Positions 30,857-39,800 of a DNA stretch of 64,000 bases are shown one piece after another (the first letter of the stretch is position 1; each line of letters opens with the position of its first letter). The position numbers and the translations under genes are program-made. The DNA is taken from positions 256,001-320,000 of the forward strand of contig JANZKC010000001.1 of assembly GCA_025061115.1 (NCBI GenBank), read 5' to 3'. Under the pieces are notes generated by a model. That model was not told the DNA's origin and made no database searches. It was given only the letters and a program-made list of their open reading frames with translations. This DNA is from Candidatus Culexmicrobium cathedralense. Its GTDB lineage: Archaea; Thermoproteota; Methanomethylicia; Culexarchaeales; Culexmicrobiaceae.

Positions 30857-31036
30857 TTAAATCACCATCAGTATATTTAGATTTTGTACATATTCTAAGG
30901 CAATTATTGTTTCTATAGCCTATATTTGTCAAATCCAACTAATAAGCATTAACTTCTTCAAATACAACATCTCTAATTCAAGTAAAATTTAATTTTACTT
31001 TTTAACATAATAATTGAAGTAAAATGTCGTTCGTGA

Positions 31037-32308
31037 TTAAAGCCATGAAAAGTGCACTATTTGTGCGTTTGGATCATCGTTTTCGTACCACCACCAAAGT
31101 ATATCGCTGAGCCAATTATTGACATAGACGTTTAGGATTGGTGGTTTACCATCTGCTCCTCTATACAACGTCACTTCTACATCTGCAATTATAGTGTAAC
31201 CTGCAGTAACGAAGTAAAATGTCAATTCTATGCTTGTGGCAGCCCATTCGGAGCCGAGTCCAGTTCTTAGACCTATTTGGTATGGAAGTTCATGGTCTTG
31301 AGTTATTTTATTTGCATAATCTTGATGCGGTTTGTTGCAGGAGCTGCATGAGATTGAGGGGGCTTTTTCAATATTATCTATGTATTCTGGCACCATTATG
31401 TAGTATTCATTTCTCCACCATATATCTGGTTGTCCGTCGAAATTTTCGTCGACCGAGTATTCATCCCACCATAGTTCGCAGCGGAATTTCGTGTCTCCAA
31501 GTATCCAAAATGCTTCGCCATTCCTTGCTGTAAGTCCAGTACCAATTAAAAATTGAGTCAGTTTAGCTCCTGAACTTACCCAACCACTATCACTAACTCC
31601 AGTTTGGTCGTAGTATATGTTTCTTGTGAATCCTTCGAGATAGATGTTCGTTTCATATGGTTCGACTCTCCATTTAACTTCAATACCGCTTATCGAGTGA
31701 ACTTGGCCGCATTTAACATTTTTGTGATCATAACTAACATCATGTCCACTATCTGATTCCTCTTGCCTTATGATTAGCGAATTTGCGCTTGCAAATGGAG
31801 GAATGTTTGTTGGAGTATGTTGAATTTTTTCATTCTTTTTAAGTGGTATTTCAACTGTTATTTCTGTTATTGGCTTCCTTGGTTCTACTTGGACGATTTT
31901 GGCGCCGAAGTAATCCTTGCTCATTACTAGAACTATGAACTCTTGTATTTGATATCTAATTTCTCTACCAACATAATTTATAGGGATTCTCCAAATTTTG
32001 AACATGAAGGTTGATGGAAAGATCTTTTGTGCGCAATAAATTATTCTTCTTGAAACTTTTAGGTTTTGAGTTATATTGTGAATTGCTATTATCAGTTCAC
32101 TGCCACCATCATACAATCTACCATTAATTTTAGGTTTAATTATAAATTTGACCAGCCCTCCTGGCTTTCCTTGAAGCCAATCCATAAATAATTGATAGAC
32201 TGTTGGCGAGTCTAAGGGCGATCCACCGATAATGACGCCAGGTGTAATCATTAAAGCTATTATAATCAATATTAATAATATTGAGAATTTTATTCTTTTT
32301 TCTATCAT
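31037..32308 (-). CDS. Secreted or membrane-anchored hypothetical protein
   Basis: 423 aa, N-terminal hydrophobic signal, beta-rich, DENFDGQPD motif. Confidence 0.7.
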   Translation of the reverse strand: MIEKRIKFSILLILIIIALMITPGVIIGGSPLDSPTVYQLFMDWLQGKPGGLVKFIIKPKINGRLYDGGSELIIAIHNITQNLKVSRRIIYCAQKIFPSTFMFKIWRIPINYVGREIRYQIQEFIVLVMSKDYFGAKIVQVEPRKPITEITVEIPLKKNEKIQHTPTNIPPFASANSLIIRQEESDSGHDVSYDHKNVKCGQVHSISGIEVKWRVEPYETNIYLEGFTRNIYYDQTGVSDSGWVSSGAKLTQFLIGTGLTARNGEAFWILGDTKFRCELWWDEYSVDENFDGQPDIWWRNEYYIMVPEYIDNIEKAPSISCSSCNKPHQDYANKITQDHELPYQIGLRTGLGSEWAATSIELTFYFVTAGYTIIADVEVTLYRGADGKPPILNVYVNNWLSDILWWWYENDDPNAQIVHFSWL

Positions 32309-32601
32309 TTTTTAGACACCCAAAAAAACAGGATCAAATCTCATATTTAAAAATTACTATTAATAAGGAAAATCATATAAAACTAGCAGTCATGCCATGA
32401 GCAATAGAAACTTCATTAATCTCAAGAACATTTCGGATCACCTACCTCCTCTCAACTGAAAGTCCATTAATGAAATTACAGCTTCGGTGAGCGGTCTAAG
32501 ACTTTAATGAGAATTAAATCCATCATATTCTCTACCTAACTTTCTTAACCTTAAATATTTAGTACAATTGCCGTGTAAGAACATCAACTTTTAAGATATA
32601 C

Positions 32602-32634
32602 TGTATTACAAATAAAGATAAATATGTGCTACAT
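32602..32634. promoter_or_regulatory. Putative VapB autoregulatory operator
   Basis: Two TGT-N3-ACA dyads (32602-32610, 32625-32633) just upstream of the antitoxin. Confidence 0.45.
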
Positions 32635-32636
32635 TT

Positions 32637-32888
32637 ATGTATTATGTGGTGATGAAGTTGAGTGTTACGGTGTCCTTTCGAATCCCTAGAGAGTTAAAGA
32701 GCAAGATGGATATGCTTCGTAGCATAATAAACTGGAGCGAGGAAGTTAGAAAGTTTATTGAAAGTCGCATAGAAGAGTATGAGCAGTTAAAGGCAATAGA
32801 AGAACTTGAGGAAATTATAGAGAGTATTAAATTGTTGCCGAGGGGTACGGCAATTAGATATGTGAGGGAAGACCGTGATAGTTATTGA
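32637..32888 (+). CDS. vapB: VapB-type antitoxin (RHH/CopG-like)
   Basis: VTVSFRIPRELK...INWSEEVR...VREDRD; overlaps the PIN gene; start may be 32652. Confidence 0.88.
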   Translation: MYYVVMKLSVTVSFRIPRELKSKMDMLRSIINWSEEVRKFIESRIEEYEQLKAIEELEEIIESIKLLPRGTAIRYVREDRDSY

Positions 32889-33288
32889 TGCATCAGCTCT
32901 AGTGAAATACGTTCTTCACGAAGAAAATTGGAAAGATATAAGCCATTTCATTAAGAATAGAAAGCCCATATACTCTTTAGACCATATAGCAAAGGAGGTT
33001 GGGAATGCTATTTGGAAGCACTGTCATCTGCACAAAGTTATAAATTTAGAAGAAGCCATAAAACTGTACAATAGACTTATGCGGCTTTTCCAAACCAGAG
33101 TTATAATTATTGAAAGAGAAGACGAATATCTAGAGGCCGCTTTAAAAATAGCGTTTAGGTTTGGAGTAACGCTTTATGATTCCCTATACTTAGTACAGGC
33201 TCAAAAGTATGGGGAGCTCATCACTAGCGATGAAAGTCAAGCAGAAATAGCCAATCAACTAGGCATAAGAGTATATTTAATAGTGTAA
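32875..33288 (+). CDS. vapC: VapC PIN-domain toxin
   Basis: MIVIDASAL, EVGNAIWK, TLYDSLY, LITSD. Confidence 0.92.
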   Translation: MIVIDASALVKYVLHEENWKDISHFIKNRKPIYSLDHIAKEVGNAIWKHCHLHKVINLEEAIKLYNRLMRLFQTRVIIIEREDEYLEAALKIAFRFGVTLYDSLYLVQAQKYGELITSDESQAEIANQLGIRVYLIV

Positions 33289-33742
33289 ATTCATAAGGTT
33301 TATTTGTTGATACTAATAATTAATAGATTGTAAAATTAAATAGGTTCATAATTGAGATAAAGATAGGTTGGAAAACGTAGAATTGCCGCCAATATTTCTA
33401 ATGAAGTTTATAGCAGTCTGGATAAATGACATCAAAAGGTTATTTTTATAATTACCTATTCCAAACAAAAGCCGTAAAAATATGAAAATCATTAGCAATA
33501 ATTTTCTAAAAGGAATTATTAGATACTTTATCAAATAAAATTAAAAAGGCTTTATCCAATATTTGACTTCATCATTGATAAGTAATTTTGATTAATCATT
33601 TTTATTAATTTATCTGAACGATTCAATGGCTATACAATTTCCTCAATTAAAATTTCTTGAAGCATTGACTTTTATGTGCTTGTTTTAGATGTTAGAAATT
33701 TAATTTAATGCCATTTTATAGAATATTGTTTGAGGTGAATTA

Positions 33743-35113
33743 ATGGAGTTTGGCGAGTATGCGCTTAAAATTGCTGAAAGATTGGGAGCTGAGCATGCTG
33801 AAGTTAGGTATCAGAGGCTTGAAAGGACAGCTTTAAAGCTTAGAAATAAGGGGCTTGAAGCAGTTGTTGAGGGTATTGATGAGGGAATCGGCGTTAGAGT
33901 TCTATTTAAGGGCTGCTGGGGTTTTTCTCACACCCCTGACTTAACTAAAGCAGGTATTGAGGAGGCTGTTAGGCGTGCAATTAAGAACGCTGAGATTCAG
34001 GGCGGAAAATGCAATGTAAAACTAGCTAAAGCAGAGCTAGTTAAGGGTGAATACAAGTTTGATTATAAGATTGATCCAAGAACAGTGGATGTAAGCGATA
34101 AAGTATTAATTCTAGTCAAGGGCTTTGAAAATGCAAGTGAGATTGCTAAAGAGAAGCTTCGAAGCGTCGAGATAAACTACTTCGACTTGTGGTTCAAAAC
34201 GCACTTCATGAATAGCGATGGAGCAGATGCAGTTCAAGTTGGAGCTAGATTCTACTTCTCGTTCAGAGTTTATGGATCAACTCCAGCAGGCTTATTCTAT
34301 GATTCAGAGAGGTTTGGAATGATGGCTGGATTGGAGAAACTTGAAGATTCGATAATTGAAGTTTCAAGTAGAATGGCTAGGAGAGTTGTAAGTCAATATA
34401 ATGCAAAAGCACCTCCAATAGGTCCAGCCCAAGCAATACTTGAGAGCAGAGCCGCAGGAGACTTCTTCCATGAAGTCGGCCACTCCTTCGAGGCTGATTC
34501 GGTGGTTAGAGGATTTTCAGCATTTGAAGGACTTAAAGGACAGAAGGTTGCAAGCGAAATAATAACCATATATGAAGATCCAACAATGCCAAATGCTTGG
34601 GGCTCCCAATTCTTTGATGATGAAGGAGTCAAGCCTAAGAAGACGCTTTTAATTGAAAATGGAGTTTTAAGAGGATACATTCACTCTAGAGAAACAGCAA
34701 GCATATTAGGAGAAGAGCCGACCGGTCATGCTAGAGCCGAAAGCTATCAACATGAGCCAATAATTAGAATGGCAAACCTAGTACTAGCTCCAGGAGACTG
34801 GAAGGAGGAAGAGCTAATCGAGGAAACTAGGAGTGGAATATACATTTCAGGCGCAAGAGGAGGACAAACAACTGGTAAGGGCCCATTCCAATTTCAAGCC
34901 AGCGAAGCCTACCTAATAGAGAAGGGAGAAATCTCAAAGCCCCTTAAAAGCGTTAGCGTCTCAATGAAAATACTCGAAGCACTCAAGAACATCGATGCAA
35001 TATGTAGAGAAGCAAACTACTACATAACCCTATGTGGGAAGGGAGGACAGAGAATGGCTGTAACAGCATTAGCACCAACCATGAGAATTAAAAAAGTCAT
35101 TATTGGAGGTTGA
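33743..35113 (+). CDS. tldD: TldD metalloprotease
   Basis: FHEVGHSFEAD, DDEG, RMAN, CGKGGQ. Confidence 0.92.
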   Translation: MEFGEYALKIAERLGAEHAEVRYQRLERTALKLRNKGLEAVVEGIDEGIGVRVLFKGCWGFSHTPDLTKAGIEEAVRRAIKNAEIQGGKCNVKLAKAELVKGEYKFDYKIDPRTVDVSDKVLILVKGFENASEIAKEKLRSVEINYFDLWFKTHFMNSDGADAVQVGARFYFSFRVYGSTPAGLFYDSERFGMMAGLEKLEDSIIEVSSRMARRVVSQYNAKAPPIGPAQAILESRAAGDFFHEVGHSFEADSVVRGFSAFEGLKGQKVASEIITIYEDPTMPNAWGSQFFDDEGVKPKKTLLIENGVLRGYIHSRETASILGEEPTGHARAESYQHEPIIRMANLVLAPGDWKEEELIEETRSGIYISGARGGQTTGKGPFQFQASEAYLIEKGEISKPLKSVSVSMKILEALKNIDAICREANYYITLCGKGGQRMAVTALAPTMRIKKVIIGG

Positions 35114-35116
35114 AAA

Positions 35117-36469
35117 ATGGGCATTGAAGCTGAAAAGATAATTAAGATCGCCGAAATGAAGGGAGCAAATCAAGCTGAAGTGTTCATCTACAGCGACGGT
35201 GAAATTTCAGCTTCAATATCAAGAGGAGGGAGAATCTCAGCATCATCAAGCACGTCCAAGGGAGTTGGAATCAGAGTAATAGTTAAAGGTAGAGAGGGAT
35301 TCAGCTACACCTCCAAACTCAGTTCAAGTGAAGTGGAAAAGACCGTTGAAAGAGCAATAAAAATAGCACTCAAAAGCGGAAGAAAGCTTCAAAGCCTACC
35401 AGAGCCATCAAGCACGCCCGGTACTTGCAAGTTTTACTGCGGCCAAGTAATGCAAGCCAGTGTAGACGAGGTATTCCAGATTCTAAAGGAAGTATTCGAT
35501 AGAGCTTCAAGATATGAAGGTTTTGGAAGAATTGTTTCTTGTAGAAGCGAAGTAAGGTGGGTAAGCTGGAGAGTAATTAACAGCCTAGGGCTGGACTTCG
35601 AATTCAAAGAAACCCACAATGCAATTTCATTTTCAGCAATAGCCGCCAAAAATGGATTAGCAGCAACCCACTACGACTACATGTACAGCAGAAGCCTAAT
35701 AGGCGTTGAGGAAGCCGAAGTCAAAGCCATGGAAACTATAAAAATGGCGGAAAAGGGCATCCCAGAAGTAAGCATTGAAAGCGGAGAATACCCAGTAATC
35801 CTATCCCCAACAGCTTTAGTAACTTTGCTAAACTACACGCTATATCCAGTACTTACAGCCAAGTTTCAGCCAAGAAGGTTTAAGGCCGGCGAAAACATAG
35901 GATCCGAAAAACTAACAATAATTGAAGATCCACTAAACCCAATGATACCTAGATCGTCGCCGGCAGATCATGAAGGAACCGTTAGAAGTGAGAAAGCAAT
36001 AATTGAAGAAGGCAAACTCAAAACACTACTATACGACCAGTACTACGCTGAAATAGAAGGCAGAAAATCGACTGGAAATGGATTTAGAACACCAATACTA
36101 ACTTGGCCGAGAATGCTTAAGCCCTATCAAGCAGCACCATCTCCCGAAGTGGGAAGCATGGTAATTAAAGCTGGAAGCAGAAGCGTAGATGACCTGGCAA
36201 GCAGAATCGAACATGGATTGTACGTAATTAACGTGATTGGAGCTCATGGAGCAGATCCAGCATCGGGAAGATTTAGTGCAACAGCATCAATAGCATTTAA
36301 AATTGAAGGAGGAAGCATAGGCAGAGCAGTTAAGCATGCGATTGTAGGTGGAAGCCTAAATCAGCTATTGAACATCATTGAATTAAGCGAAGAAGGAAAG
36401 CTAGTTTATAACACCATCGCGCCTTCAGTGTTAATTGAAAAACTGAGAATAGCTGGCGAGAGGCATTAG
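35117..36469 (+). CDS. pmbA: PmbA/TldE partner subunit
   Basis: Follows tldD; DHEG, STGNG, SGRFS; lacks HExxH. Confidence 0.88.
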   Translation: MGIEAEKIIKIAEMKGANQAEVFIYSDGEISASISRGGRISASSSTSKGVGIRVIVKGREGFSYTSKLSSSEVEKTVERAIKIALKSGRKLQSLPEPSSTPGTCKFYCGQVMQASVDEVFQILKEVFDRASRYEGFGRIVSCRSEVRWVSWRVINSLGLDFEFKETHNAISFSAIAAKNGLAATHYDYMYSRSLIGVEEAEVKAMETIKMAEKGIPEVSIESGEYPVILSPTALVTLLNYTLYPVLTAKFQPRRFKAGENIGSEKLTIIEDPLNPMIPRSSPADHEGTVRSEKAIIEEGKLKTLLYDQYYAEIEGRKSTGNGFRTPILTWPRMLKPYQAAPSPEVGSMVIKAGSRSVDDLASRIEHGLYVINVIGAHGADPASGRFSATASIAFKIEGGSIGRAVKHAIVGGSLNQLLNIIELSEEGKLVYNTIAPSVLIEKLRIAGERH

Positions 36470-36816
36470 CATGTTAAGTGAAAAGCCGCAGCAACACGCT
36501 GCCCTCCATTAAAAAGCCTGTTGAAAGTCCTCCAAGCAATACCAGTTCTTTCAATTATAACTTCAATTCCCCTAGAATTCAACTTCTCAACAACTTTTTC
36601 TGGAACTCTCATCAATCCACTATAACCGGATCCAATCACAAGCACTTCAGGCAGCTCATCCAAATCCAAAATGTCACGCAGATCATCCAAATGCAGGACG
36701 TGGCCCTCAATTCTCCACCAATTAGCTTTAACTTCGCCATTAGGCAAAATTATCAAGTCGCCAGTATACTTCACTCCATTAATCACCATTAACCCAAAAG
36801 CATAATTTTCAATCAC
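36466..36816 (-). CDS. Mth938-like domain protein
   Basis: FGLMVING, PEVLVIGSG, AAAFHLTC. Confidence 0.9.
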   Translation of the reverse strand: MIENYAFGLMVINGVKYTGDLIILPNGEVKANWWRIEGHVLHLDDLRDILDLDELPEVLVIGSGYSGLMRVPEKVVEKLNSRGIEVIIERTGIAWRTFNRLFNGGQRVAAAFHLTC

Positions 36817-36844
36817 ATTCGCACCTTCAATAATAGAAGAAAAA

Positions 36845-37231
36845 TCAGCTGATCAATTCAACTCTAACCTTCTCTCCGCCATTAACTTTGCGTAGAACTT
36901 CAATTCCCTCCTCAACAATCCCCACAGGGTTAACTGGACTATAAGCCCTAGGCTTCTCGGTCACGCTTACGGGAGTCGGCCCAAAGAAAATGCATAAAGC
37001 ATTACCTGGAGGCCAATAGGCAACCTCACCAACTTCCATGTCAACTCTGCTATTCTCTTCCGCAGCTTCAACTCCAACTTCAAAGTAAACTTCATCACCC
37101 CACCTATTTGCAGTGCTTTCTATGGGCAAGGCTTCAATCAACTTTTCAATAGTCTTGGGACCCCACTCCTCCACTAGCTTCACGATCACCGAGCCAACAC
37201 CTTCAAATTCAATTTTCAACCTCAAAGCCAT
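36845..37231 (-). CDS. Cyclophilin-like fold protein (TM1367/DUF369)
   Basis: NRWGDEVYF, AYWPPGNALCIFFGPTP. Confidence 0.9.
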   Translation of the reverse strand: MALRLKIEFEGVGSVIVKLVEEWGPKTIEKLIEALPIESTANRWGDEVYFEVGVEAAEENSRVDMEVGEVAYWPPGNALCIFFGPTPVSVTEKPRAYSPVNPVGIVEEGIEVLRKVNGGEKVRVELIS

Positions 37232-37265
37232 TCACCACCAACTCAATCTAACCACAAATCGACAT

Positions 37266-37851
37266 TTACTCCTTAACGTATAATGCGAATAAAATTAACG
37301 TGATAAAACTATAACCCCACCAATGATGAAAGGCACAGCAATTCCAGGAAGCCAAGAAGCCAAATACATATCCTTAAGGTAAGCGTATAGATAGCTTCCT
37401 ATTATAGGTCCAATCAACATGCCTAAATTCGAGAAAACTTGCTAAAGCCCAAAACCCTATCTTTAACTTCACTTGGAACAATATCAGCTTGAAGAGCACT
37501 CAAAATTAGTAGCTGATCGACTGTAACAATAACAGCATAGGTCAGGCCAACCACAATATAGATAATCAAGCCAATAGCAATCAGCCTCCTCCCAAACACA
37601 TCTCCAAGCCAGCCGCTAATCGCCGCCACAATGCTCCTCGTAGCCATTAAAGCAGGCATCATGAAACCAAGCTCAACAACAGCCTCACTAGCACTAATGC
37701 TAGCAACTTCCTCAGGCAGCTCAGTTAAAACACCCTTCAAAGCCAAAACTAGATAGGGTCTCAAAAGGTTAAAAGCTCCAAAACCAAGCATGACGAGAAA
37801 GTTGATAAGGCAGAGAAGTGCAATGTTCCTTTTTGCATAAGCCTGTAACAT
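37266..37851 (-). pseudogene. Decayed MFS transporter (internal deletion plus frameshifts)
   Basis: GWLGDVFGRR motif A; sequence jumps to ADIVPSE..R, then a shifted frame reads NLGMLIGPIIGSYLY. Confidence 0.75.
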
Positions 37852-38027
37852 TTCACCTCAACATCCATGTACAACGCTACCACTTGAGGATTAAAACAGG
37901 TAATTGAACCTGCAATTTAAAATTAACTCTAAGCTAATCCAAGCGTAAATGGGTAAGGCGCATAAGTTGGCATTAAATTAATTTATGAAATTAAACCATT
38001 AGATTTGTGAAAGGATAATTTAAGTGA

Positions 38028-38744
38028 GTGAAATTGACTATAAAGAGAATTTTTATAAGAGCTTTTTATGTGATGATACTAACTGCGATTGCAGCTTTAG
38101 CAGTTGCCATCGTAAAACCAATGCTAGCACTATCCACAATTGCCCCAGCCATAGCATACCTACTATACATTTGGAGGAAAGAGAAAGTTGAAAGGGAGCC
38201 GCTCATAGGACTGTGCGCGGCATTCTCCTATGGATTCACAGTTTCAGTGGTATTAGCTTTAGCATTAAGTATTCTCATAATCCAGCTATTACAAATTCAA
38301 AACGCAATCTTAATTACAATTCTTATCAGTCCAACAATCGAGGAAATATCAAAGCTAATTGGAGTTATAGCAATAGCTAGAGTCAGAGGACTTCTCAACG
38401 AAATAGATGATGGAATAATTTATGGAGCATCAGCAGGCTTGGGATTCTCAGCATTCGAAAACATGATGTATGCATATCGAGCAACAGATCCAATTTTAGT
38501 AGGATTATTAAGAGCAATTAGCAGCACAGCTGCACACGCAGCTTCAACTGCAATTGCAGGATATGGCTACGCAAAAGCCACAATAAGCCCAAACGTAGAG
38601 AATTCGCTTTCAGGATACTTAATAATTGCAATCGCACTGCATGCAACTCATAATGCCATTGCAATGATCCATGAAGCATTAATTCCAATAATAATTGCAT
38701 TCGATTTACTCGCACTAGCATACATCCTCTCAAAGATCGAGTGA
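38028..38744 (+). CDS. PrsW family intramembrane metalloprotease
   Basis: PTIEEISK, GLGFSAFEN, H...LHATHN. Confidence 0.92.
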   Translation: MKLTIKRIFIRAFYVMILTAIAALAVAIVKPMLALSTIAPAIAYLLYIWRKEKVEREPLIGLCAAFSYGFTVSVVLALALSILIIQLLQIQNAILITILISPTIEEISKLIGVIAIARVRGLLNEIDDGIIYGASAGLGFSAFENMMYAYRATDPILVGLLRAISSTAAHAASTAIAGYGYAKATISPNVENSLSGYLIIAIALHATHNAIAMIHEALIPIIIAFDLLALAYILSKIE

Positions 38745-38819
38745 AAACAAAACAAGGCAAACTGCAATTCAATTAATTAAAACTAAAACTTAAATGGAAT
38801 ACCAATTATAATTCAAGCG

Positions 38820-39479
38820 GTGAGCATGATGATCTCATCAGATGAAGTCAAGAAATGGCATAAAAAATGCACGGTAAATAGATTAATAGATAATTTAAAG
38901 AAAAGAGGATTCAAAGCCTACTATGCAGAAAATAAAGCTGAAGCTTTAAAAATAATTCTCAACCTAATACCCGAAAAATCTACGGTAGGAATTGGGGGCT
39001 CAATCACCATTAGAGAACTAAACTTAATAGAAGAACTCGAGGCGAGAAAAATAAAAGTAGTACACCACTGGATAAGAGGCTTAAGCAGAAGTGAAAGCTT
39101 CAACATAAGAAGACAAGAAGTAGCTACAGACATATTCATTTCAAGTTGCAACGCAGTAACAATCGATGGAAAAATAGTTTGCGTAGATGCAGTTGGAAAT
39201 CGAGTTGCAGCACTATCATTTGGACCAAAAAAAGTAATCATAGCTGCAGGAATAAACAAGATCACATCGAGCATTGAGGAAGCAATGTGGAGAATAAGAA
39301 ACATAGCAACTCCAATGAACGCCAAAAGGCTAAACCTGAAAATACCATGCGCAGAAAAAGGATACTGCACAAATTGCAACCAGCCGGAATGCCCATGCAA
39401 AATAACATTAATAATTGAAGGAAAGCCGAACATGACCGACTTCCACGTAATCATAGTAGGAGAAGAGCTTGGATTCTAA
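38820..39479 (+). CDS. LUD-domain (lactate utilization LutC/YkgG-like) protein
   Basis: GGSIT, NAVTIDG...GNRVAA...GPKKV...GINK, Cys cluster, EELGF. Confidence 0.88.
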   Translation: MSMMISSDEVKKWHKKCTVNRLIDNLKKRGFKAYYAENKAEALKIILNLIPEKSTVGIGGSITIRELNLIEELEARKIKVVHHWIRGLSRSESFNIRRQEVATDIFISSCNAVTIDGKIVCVDAVGNRVAALSFGPKKVIIAAGINKITSSIEEAMWRIRNIATPMNAKRLNLKIPCAEKGYCTNCNQPECPCKITLIIEGKPNMTDFHVIIVGEELGF

Positions 39480-39569
39480 TTCAACAATAAGCCTTCAACT
39501 CAAGGCATAAAATTGTGAAGAAAATGCAGAACATACTTCATGAAATCAAAGTGACAATTTAAAAGAACA

Positions 39570-39629
39570 GCGGGTCAGCCAAAGCAATTCATCATAAATC
39601 AGCGGCGCAGGACCCCAAATCATCCCCAC
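39570..39629 (-). ncRNA. Box C/D 2'-O-methylation guide sRNA (candidate A)
   Basis: Minus strand: GGGATGA (C) - 17 nt - CTGA (D') - TTT - ATGATGA (C') - 10 nt - CTGA (D), terminal stem GUGGG/CCCGC. Confidence 0.8.
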
Positions 39630-39728
39630 ATAAAATTCGAACAAAACAGTATAATTATTATAACTCAATCAATAAAATCAGCTCACAATGAAAGTAAAGC
39701 CTAAATCCCAGCTAGGATAGGTAGTTAT

Positions 39729-39786
39729 GGCGATGAGGATTTTGGCTACCTGCCGAACGATGAGGCATCCCGGCCATAACCGAGCC
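39729..39786 (+). ncRNA. Box C/D guide sRNA (candidate B, variant boxes)
   Basis: GCGATGA (C, 39730) - 16 nt - CCGA (D') - ACGATGA (C') - 16 nt - CCGA (D, 39780), closed by GGC/GCC. Confidence 0.68.
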
Positions 39787-39800
39787 CAAAGCCAATAACA

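Noticed and set aside
32435-32450. GGATCACCTACCTCCT resembling the 16S rRNA 3' end
   Set aside because: No flanking rRNA sequence; better read as a minus-strand RBS-like stretch or gene remnant.
32370-32520. Possible cas1 remnant (LRPLTEAVISL on the minus strand)
   Set aside because: Too short and interrupted; equally compatible with a PIN remnant or chance.
33346-33534. 62 aa ORF in the AT-rich gap after vapC
   Set aside because: Low-complexity AT-rich composition with no recognisable homology.
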